Assembly (NCBI GenBank): GCA_951406725.2
Contig: OX597828.1
Span: forward strand, 53,444,001 to 53,508,000
From: Octopus vulgaris
Lineage: Eukaryota
Direction of reading: 5' to 3'
Length of the DNA stretch: 64,000 bases
Shown here: in pieces, positions 54,432 through 64,000 of the stretch
How positions within the stretch are numbered: position 1 is the first letter of the stretch
How the letters are laid out: each line of letters starts with the position of its first letter
The notes under the pieces: generated by a model
Database searches by the model: none
What the model saw: the letters and a program-made list of their open reading frames with translations, nothing else
Told to the model about the DNA's origin: nothing
Translations under genes and position numbers: made by a program

Positions 54432-54539
54432 CACTTCGTTCGCTCCTTCATGAAGACATTCGCTCTTTCGTCAACTCATTCATAGATTACTACAATCATT
54501 CATTCCTTCAATCCATCAATCACTTTGAAATCAATATTC

Positions 54540-54746
54540 TTTTACTCTTTTATGCTTTTCTTTTGTTTCAGTCATTTTGACAGTGGTCATGCTGGAGCAC
54601 CCCCTTTAAGCGAGCAAATCGACCCCAGGACTTATTCGTTGTAAGCCTAGTATTTATTCTATCGGTCTCTGTTGCCGAACCGCTAAGTTATGGGACGTAA
54701 ACACAACAGCATCGGTTATCAAGCGATGTTGAGGGGACAAACACAG

Positions 54747-54780
<34 letters not shown>

Positions 54781-55250
54781 TGTATATTAAGTAGCTTGCT
54801 TACCAACCACTTGGTTCCGGGTTCAGTCCCAATGCGTGGCACCTTGGGCAAGTGTTTCTACTATAGCCTCGAGCCGACCAAAGCCTTGTGAGTGGATTTG
54901 GTAGACGGAAACTGAAAGAAGCCCGTCGTATATATGTATATATATATGTATGTGCGTGTATATGTTTGGGTGTCAGTGTTTGTCCACCCCAACATCGCTT
55001 GACAACCGATGATAGTTTGTTTACGTCCCTGTAACTTAGCGGTTCGGCAAAAGAGACCGATAGAATAAGTACTAGGCTTACAAAGAATAAGTCCTGGATT
55101 CGATCTGCTCGACTATAGGTGGTGCTCCAGCATGGCCACCGTCAAATGACTGAAACAAGTAAAGGAGAATACATACGACGGGTTTCTTTCAGTTTCCGTC
55201 TACCAAATCCACTCACAAGGCTTTGGTTGGCCCGAGGCTATAGTAGAAGA
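54540..55250. mobile_element. SINE family A nest: + copy (54788-55165) inside a - copy
   Basis: The 3' half of a minus copy (54540-54770) and its continuation (55172-55250) flank a plus copy. Confidence 0.8.
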
Positions 55251-55387
55251 GAATATATTTTGTTTTACTTATATATCATTCTTCCTTTTATCGAACAGTT
55301 CTCTTCCTCTCCACGAATTTATATTTCAGTCACCTTCATTTTTTCCGATATTACTTTGTTTCTTCAGGCAGACACACACACACACAG

Positions 55388-55419
<32 letters not shown>

Positions 55420-55695
55420 ACACTCACACATGCATGCACGCACACACACACAACACTTATACATAAACACATACGTTCACATACTCGCTTTCTTACGCTT
55501 GCACACAGTTTCTTGATAACTCAAGGATTACAGAAACTCTGAGTTGTGAGGGAGTACATTATCAAAATCGAATGAATAAATGAATTCTTCTACATGTATT
55601 GAGTACTTCCTCTCGTGTTTCTGTATCTAAGCATGTGGAAGTGTGGTTTTCATACATACATACAAGCATAGATACATAATACATACATACATACA

Positions 55696-55727
<32 letters not shown>

Positions 55728-56124
55728 GGCGTAGGAGTGACTGTGTGGTAAGTAGCTTGCTTACGAACCACATGGTTCCGGGTTCAGTCCCACTGCGTGG
55801 CACCTTGGGCAAGTGTTTTCTACTATAGCTTCGGGTGGACCAAGCCTTGTGAGTGGATTTGGTGGACGGAAACTGAAAGAAGCCCGTTGTATATATGTAT
55901 ATATATCTATGTGTGTGTGTGTATATGTTTGTATGTCTGTGTTTGTCCCCCCAACATTACTTGTGTGTTTACGCCCCCATAACTTAGCGGTTTGGCAAAA
56001 GGGACCGATAGAATAAGTACTAGGTTTACAAAGAATAAGTCCTGGGGTCGATTTGTTCGGCTAAAGGCGGTGCTCCAGCATGGCCACAGTCAAATGACTG
56101 AAACAACAATAAAAAAGAGTAAAG
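55728..56124 (+). mobile_element. SINE family A, full length
   Basis: Matches the other family A copies. Confidence 0.85.
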
Positions 56125-56670
56125 ATATATATATATATATATGTATAGAGGGAGAGAGAGAGACATATATACACGGGATGGGGTCTATGTGCGTGTGCAT
56201 AAACATATGTGTATGTGTGTGTGAGTGTATGTGTGTGTGGGTGGGTGTATTTGTGCGTGTGTGTGTGTTTGTAGATGTAGTGTTAGAGAATGTAAGGAAT
56301 AACATTAGTTAGAGAAAAAGAGGGAGAGAGTTAAAGAGAGAATGCGACAGACAGACTAACAGACGGACAGATTTGTGAGACACAGTGAAGAAGATAGAAA
56401 TACAGAGGAAGCGAGAACACTTTAACACCTAAGTCAATAACCTATTGAATTTGTTCATAGGAGTCAGGTTAAGATGGCGACCTTTAAAGTTTTTCTTTTC
56501 TCTTTTTTTTTTTCTTAATCAATTGTCGTTGAAATTTGAACGTGGAATAAAATTAAGTTTAGAAACTCAGAATTTGAAGAAATGTTCAATGCTATTGTAT
56601 TTTTAGCTTCATCCGTTTTCGCTTCTCTACATTTCTAACACGCTCTCTATTATGAACATACATACATACA

Positions 56671-56762
<92 letters not shown>

Positions 56763-56885
56763 GTGTGTATATATGAATGTATATATAGATATACAGATAT
56801 ATATGTATGTATAGGGAGAGAGAAATAGAAGCAGAGATGTACATGTGCGCGTATATACATATACATGTATGTATGTATCTATCTA

Positions 56886-56936
<51 letters not shown>

Positions 56937-57289
56937 GTCTTTCTATTAATCTTTCTACCCATCTATCTATACAGATGTTGGTAATTCTACCTGTGAGATT
57001 TTACTATTAACGAATCTAATTTTAAAATTCACGTCAAGTATTCTTCAGTAATTCCTACCACGACGCGAGGATCAGACAGTAGCTCCCGTCTACACGAGTA
57101 CGCTAACGCGAAACTTCAAAACTTCAAGTAACGGTATACGGCTTCAAACTAAATAATACAATTTCACATTGCAATAGTTTCTACTCAAACATTTTAAACT
57201 ACCACACATTTCTTTCACCAAGATTAATCAATATCAACTTTGCCACCATTCAGTACTCACCTACATCCATTTTTAATATATATATATAT

Positions 57290-57501
57290 AAAGTTAATCT
57301 AAACATGAAAGCAAAAAAAGAAAAAACACAACAACGCGAAGACGTGGAACAAATATAGTATTATTGGACGCTCAGGAAAGAAGGAAAGAAGGAGGGTTTA
57401 ACGTTTCGAGCGGAGCTCTTCGTTGGAAACATAGGAGGAGGAAAGATCCAGAGAAAAGAAGACAGAGGAAAGAAAATCGCCAACGGTACACACGCGGTCA
57501 C

Positions 57502-57503
<2 letters not shown>
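57290..57503 (-). mobile_element. short hammerhead-like element, H1-related subfamily
   Basis: GTTT-CCAACGA-A-GAGC TCC GCTC-GAAA-CG-TT-AAAC at 57396-57430, then TTCCTGAGCGTCCAATAATAC as in H1; between (TA)n tracts. Confidence 0.75.
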
Positions 57504-57542
<39 letters not shown>

Positions 57543-58055
57543 GTAATATGAGGCCAGAGGAATTGTCTCCAAAGAGTAACTGACGAGGGTGACAGTATCC
57601 CAATGGAATGGTGCCAGCGCTATAAGTAGAAGTCGTTTATATTCTGCTGTGTTCATTGACCAATTCACATTTTTTTTCTTAGTGTCACAGTTGTTTTTGC
57701 GATAAACTCTAACATAGAGTTTATATCACATTAGTTTTCTTCCAGCAATGTGCTCTTCGGTTCAGTCCTATTGTACGGCACCTCCGGCAGCAACTGTTTC
57801 CCCCTCTATGGCCTCAGATCGACTGAAGCCTGGTGAGTGGATTTGGTACACGAAAACTAAACGAAACCACACACACACGCAGACACACACGCACACACTC
57901 ACACACACACACGCAGACACACATACACACACTCACACACACATATACAAACGCACTCACACACACACTCACATATATATATATATATATATATACATAT
58001 GTATGTATGTATGTGTGTATATATATATATATATGTGTAAATATATATTTACTTT

Positions 58056-58109
<54 letters not shown>

Positions 58110-58110
<1 letters not shown>

Positions 58111-58482
58111 TCTTTTACTCTTTTACTTGTTTCCGTCATTTGACTGCGGCCATGCTGGAGCACCGCCTTTTGTCGAGCAAATCGACCCCGGGACTTATTC
58201 TTTGTAAGCCCATTACTTATTCTATCGGTAAACACACCAGCATCGGTTGTCAAACAATGCTAGGGGGACAAACACAGACACACAAACATATACACACACA
58301 CTTATATATATATACATATATACGACAGGTTTCTTTCAGTTTCCGTCTACCAAATCCACTCACAAGGCATTGGTCGGCCCGGGGCTATAGCAGAAGACAG
58401 TTGCCCAAGATGGCAGTGGGACTGAACCTGGAACCATGTGGTTGGTTAGCAAGCTACTTACCACACAGCCACTCCTGCGCCT
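58110..58482 (-). mobile_element. SINE family A
   Basis: Family match with small deletions. Confidence 0.85.
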
Positions 58483-58579
58483 ATATATATATATACTAAT
58501 ACATCTGTTTGTTTTGTACACCACCTGTCTTCGTATTTTGTTTTTTTAGTAAACTCTCCCAATATATATATATATATAT

Positions 58580-59098
58580 TTAAAAACATCGCAGATGTGC
58601 GTGCAGCTGTGAGGGGAAAATCGTCGAATCACCACCCGTGAGTTATCAGAGGATGTGCAGATTATTTACGGTTCAGTCCAGTCCATTATCACTGAAGAAT
58701 TGAGGTATGAGACGCGTGTGTGCCAAGTTTGTGCGAAAACTGCTTTCAGCTGACCAAAAAGACATTCGAGTTTCAGTTACACAAGATCTCCTTGATTGTG
58801 TCGAGAACGATGAAAACTTTTTGAAAACTTTGCGTAGGCCTCTGAGCAGGTCTCGCCAAGCTTTTGGCAAAATATGAAGCAGACTCTGTCCTCAACTTTC
58901 TCTGTCATGGTCAATGCGACCATCACACGCTACACACCTTTCTTCCAAGCACTCCTACCAAGTGAGCTAGAACGTTGAAACTTAGTGCGCATGCAGAGGT
59001 GAGTTCACGGTCAATCTGTGGCAAGCGGCTTCTCTGCGCGTGCTTTAGCTTCGTTACTATGGCAACAGTCCGGATAATTATTGAACAGAAAAAACGTA
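58580..59098 (+). mobile_element. mariner transposon deletion derivative
   Basis: KNIADVRAAV.ENRRITTRELSEDVQIIYGSVQSIITEEL.MRRVCAKFVRKLLSADQK..DENFLK (HTH plus WVP-like linker); TIR-like end CAGTCCGGATAATTATTGAACAG..CGTA. Confidence 0.85.
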
Positions 59099-59194
59099 TA
59101 TGAATAGCATTAAAGAAAATTAGTGCACCATGCTTGTTTGTACATCATGTACTTCTCAATCAAATTTAAATCTTTGCTTCCGACTGACGTCACT

Positions 59195-59486
<292 letters not shown>

Positions 59487-60317
59487 AGAGTTGTCAATAC
59501 GACTGCATGTCAAAATCTTGGACTGTCAAGGACCCTGTAATCTCCAACAATATAGCATCGGTAACAGCAACAAAATAATCAAGAAGTCGTGATTTCTTAA
59601 CAAATAAATGCTCATGAGTGATAAAAAGGGGGGGAAAAAAAGCAATATGCTGCAAAATGGCGACTATAATATTTGAGAACAATTTTCAAGTCAAGAGGTG
59701 AGACGTCGCGTTGGATTTCATCCGAGGAAAAAGTCAATTTTCTCGCTTCTCAATTACTTAGGTTCCATTTAAATTCAGAAGATAGACATACATGATAGAC
59801 GACAGACAATATACATACATGCACGAATTTACACACACACGCACACACACGCACGCACGCACACACACACACACACATACAGACGCACAAGGAAACACAC
59901 ACACGTAAAAATATTTGTACATATACAGGAGTGTATATATTATAAACATTATATATAATATGCATAAACATTAGCATACATCCATATATATACATATAAA
60001 TATACACACACACACACTTATATATACATACATATATATGTATATGTACGTAAACACTCGCATTGATATACATGCATATGTAGATATAGTATTATATGTT
60101 ATATAAATACATATACATTTATACATATATATACGCATGCATATGTATGTATATATGTATGTATGTTTTTATGTATTTGTATATTATATAAATACATTAT
60201 AAATATTATATAGTGTATAAATATACGAATATATATATATTAATATATATATAGGTATATATATGTATATATATATCTGTGTGTATAAAGATATGTACAC
60301 ATACGCATATACATACA

Positions 60318-60360
<43 letters not shown>

Positions 60361-60499
60361 ATGTGCGTGTAGAATTAAACAAAATCATACATACATACAT
60401 ACATACATACATACATACATACATACATACATACATACATACATACATGCATGCATGCATGCATACATACATACATACATACATACATACATACATACA

Positions 60500-60533
<34 letters not shown>

Positions 60534-61127
60534 CATACATATGGCGAATGACGATTTCATCTTGAGAGGACATTTTCCTGAACCAATTATAGAAAGCTGT
60601 GTGACAAGGTCATCTCGTGTTCCAGTGAGGTCAAAGCCAACAAGACTTCTCTCTAGTTACCCCGACCAATGGACGTGTGCAAAAGCTGCCAGATGATATG
60701 AACAGAGGTAAATCAATAATAAATGATTTAGCAAAATATCATTTTTTCCGGCATTTCATAGGTGTTCAGTTTATTTTCTATTTTCGTGAGGAAGTGTATG
60801 CTCTTTCTGTTTTCAGGTGTGAAATCTAGAGCTAAACCATATGAGGAACACATGCTTAATTCGATAAACCTACACATAAGCATTTTTGTCGTTCCATTTT
60901 CCTCTTTCCCTCTTTCTCTCTCTCTCTCTCCTTCTCTCTTTCTCACGCACACACACATATATATATGAGACGGACACACACACATATATATATATGAAAC
61001 TGAGATAGTTAACTATCCTTCTATCTTGATAGATTGATTCGATAGATAGACAGACAGACAGACACACATACAGGCAGACAGACAGACAGACAGACACACA
61101 TACAGGCAGACAGACAGCCAGGCAGCC

Positions 61128-61227
<100 letters not shown>

Positions 61228-62232
61228 AGATAGATAGATAGATAGATTAAATGAACTGTGCAATTGTCGAAATAGACACTTGTGTCCACCTAATTGATAA
61301 TACTTTAGTAAAGTGTTGTATATATATGTTCCGTACGTGCACGTGGAATTGTCTATGGCACTGCCTCAAATATGTTTAAATGCAGACATTATAATCACAC
61401 TTGCCGCTTTCGGGATACGGGTAAAGCTAAGTTTACATATTTAGCTATCTTTCAATGGATGCTTTCTGATAAAGTCATTGAGTATTAAATTGCTTGGTGT
61501 ATTATATGCAAAACGCAACTGTATGAAGTTATTAATGATATATGTAATTCATGTATATCTAAAAATGTTGAAAGAATTAAACGTAAATGAAATGTCATTA
61601 ACTAACGACATTATGTGTACATATGTAGCGTATGTCCTACCTCACAGTACTAAAAATTAACCTATTAACTTTAAACTAAATGCCATATTAATATTATTAT
61701 TAATAGTCAACCTCTGTAGGCGTGCCCCCTCTAATTTCTACAACTTGCATTTTTCTTTTGTTTCGCTCTTCCTGCGTTGCTTTGTTTTATCTCATTCCAG
61801 TCCGGACTGGGTTGATTTTGAATAGCAATTCAACATTACCACAAAAAGATAGTAACGATGAATACAATTAGTGTGTATTTTTAATCTATAAACTAATTAG
61901 GTGTAAAACGTTTTTCAAAGATTAATTATATTATGTCAACAAAGGTATCGCTGGGCCTCCCCATAGTATACTAATAATTAAACTATTAGCGTGTACGTTA
62001 GAACACTAATAATACAATCAGTTAACTCCTCTCAAATGTACCTCCTTTGTTTTGTTTCTAGATTTGTTTCCCTTTCTTTCTTTTATTTGATTATATATCA
62101 TTCCTCACCTTTAACCTGTCGTTTCCATTTCCATAATATTTAATCTTAACCATAGCATAGTCAATCCTGTTTCTTAGGATTGGTAGTGGAGTAGTTTGAT
62201 AGAATATGAATCGATGAATGTAATGTGTATGA

Positions 62233-62263
<31 letters not shown>

Positions 62264-62397
62264 TGTATGTATGTATGTATGTATGTATGTATGTATGTAT
62301 GTATGTGTGTATGTATGTATGTGTGTATGTATGTATGTATGTATGTCTCTGTGTATATATGTGTGTATGTATGTATGTATATAATATGTGTATGTAG

Positions 62398-62529
62398 TGA
62401 GAGTTTACGAAAAAAACAAAAAACGAAGACGGGTGGTGTACACAACAAACAGATGTATTAGTATAACGCTCAGGAATAGAAAAAGTCTTTTACGTTTCAA
62501 GCCTACGCTCTTCTACAGAAAGGGACACT
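62398..62529 (-). mobile_element. short hammerhead-like element family H1
   Basis: CTTT-CTGTAGA-A-GAGC GTAG GCTT-GAAA-CG-TA-AAAG. Confidence 0.8.
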
Positions 62530-62530
62530 A

Positions 62531-62568
<38 letters not shown>

Positions 62569-62691
62569 TAAATAATAATAAAGACTGATTTGGTCACATA
62601 AACAAAATGATGACTTTCAACTCTTTTGTGGCATTACTATTTGATATAAGAATTTTTTACGAACTGCTTGTGTGTGTGCGTGTGTGTGTGA

Positions 62692-62724
<33 letters not shown>

Positions 62725-63140
62725 ACTGTGTTTATGTAAATGTATGTTTATAAAAAATATTCATACGAGGTGTATATCTATGAACGTTGGTGTCATTATC
62801 AATAGTCTTGTACTGATATTTAAGTCCTTCAAAATCAGCCGTACCTGAAATTCCAATAGCTTAGACCGCTTCGTAATGCGCCAGGCGTGGCTGGAGAAGG
62901 AACAAACAAGTTTTAATGTATGTATTGTGATATTCTGTTTGTGATTCTTCGTTGGTATCAATCTTCATTTCACCGGTTTCCACCATTTTTTCAATTTGAT
63001 ATTTTACTCCATGTCTGTCATACTATTTTCTGTTACTCCTTTTCCTAACGAACCAGCAAATATGTACTCAGTCGTATTCACTAAGACACAAGCAGCGAAC
63101 GAATATAAATACCCAGAAATACACATTTCTTCAGACACAT

Positions 63141-63199
<59 letters not shown>

Positions 63200-63477
63200 C
63201 ACACACACGCATACATAACCATATTTTGGTAAAGTATATTCAGTATTTCTTCTATGACTGACAGAGACTCAGCACTATGGAAGGTATATTGTGGTTATTG
63301 GTTGGCTGAAAGCCTCGCAGTAACCAGTAAACTCAGTCGTCTCATATATATTTGTGTGCATACATAGGTGTGTGTGCATGTATGTATGTAAAATATATAT
63401 GTATTTATAACACGTAGAGATCATATATATATTCATGGATAAATACACACACCTTAACAGATATAAACATGTGTGCG

Positions 63478-63527
<50 letters not shown>

Positions 63528-63530
<3 letters not shown>

Positions 63531-63905
63531 ATCAGAAAAATTTAGATTCAGATGAATATGGTACTTAAGTACCATAATTTTTTACGAACTGTCAAAGGCA
63601 CCAGAATTTTGTAAGGTATTATCCATATAAATCAAATGGGGTGATTATAATCAAAATAAGCAACAAGTATATCCGAGGTAGAGTGGTACAATTGTTTCAT
63701 GCTACTTCATTTTATTAAACACTGTAAGTATTACATCAGTTTTAAAATGTCGAGCAATCTACAGCCACTTGACTGGAAAATTCTATATGTGGCTGAAGCT
63801 TGCTCGACATTTTAAAACTGATGTAATACTTACAGTGTTTAATATAATGAAGTAGCATGAAACAATTGTACTACTCTACCTCGGATATACTTGTTGCTTA
63901 TTTTG

Positions 63906-63908
<3 letters not shown>
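63528..63908 (-). mobile_element. foldback element family H2 (palindrome 63649-63908) with a hammerhead fold in each arm
   Basis: ~120-bp inverted arms. Minus 63682-63769: AGTGG-CTGTAGA-T-TGCT..AGCA-T-GAAA-CAATTG-TA-CCACT. Plus 63789-63875 is the mirror copy with core CTGAAGC. Confidence 0.85.
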
Positions 63909-63948
<40 letters not shown>

Positions 63949-64000
63949 TTGAGCACTGCATTTAAAGTCGAGCAAATTGATCCCAGACCTTATTTTTTGT

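Noticed and set aside
56471-56481. YY1-like AAGATGGCG motif (similar at ~24982, ~53368, ~59655)
   Set aside because: A short motif alone cannot support a promoter call.
57588-57605. CTGACGA followed by a GGGTG..TATCC hairpin
   Set aside because: No GAAA or stem III downstream.

Overview
Repeat-saturated, AT-rich eukaryotic DNA with no intact protein-coding gene that I can support. The SINE repertoire and the extreme (TA)n/(CA)n/(TACA)n/(TAGA)n/(AAT)n density suggest an octopus-type cephalopod genome; this is an inference from recalled family resemblance, not a search. Almost all ORFs in the supplied track are microsatellite or SINE artefacts. Real coding signal comes from decayed transposons: Penelope-like GIY-YIG (227-727, -) and RT (~51.75-52.8 kb, +), a CR1/L2-type RT (9.4-10.4 kb), R4/Dong-type RT and restriction-like endonuclease pieces, an RTE, an L1/Tx1 3' end, Tc1 and mariner transposase fragments, and a non-autonomous Helitron. 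About 30 tRNA-derived SINE copies from several families are present. Most notable: (i) several unrelated short (TA)n-embedded elements with hammerhead-ribozyme folds and covarying stems, including foldback copies, one with a hammerhead on each strand; (ii) a TSD-bounded RTE insertion with a 5' inversion that fits twin priming; (iii) a SINE tail resembling the 3' end of the L1/Tx1 element; (iv) an (AAT)n-anchored, 5'-truncated ~500 bp retroelement. Coordinates were read by eye and element ends are approximate.
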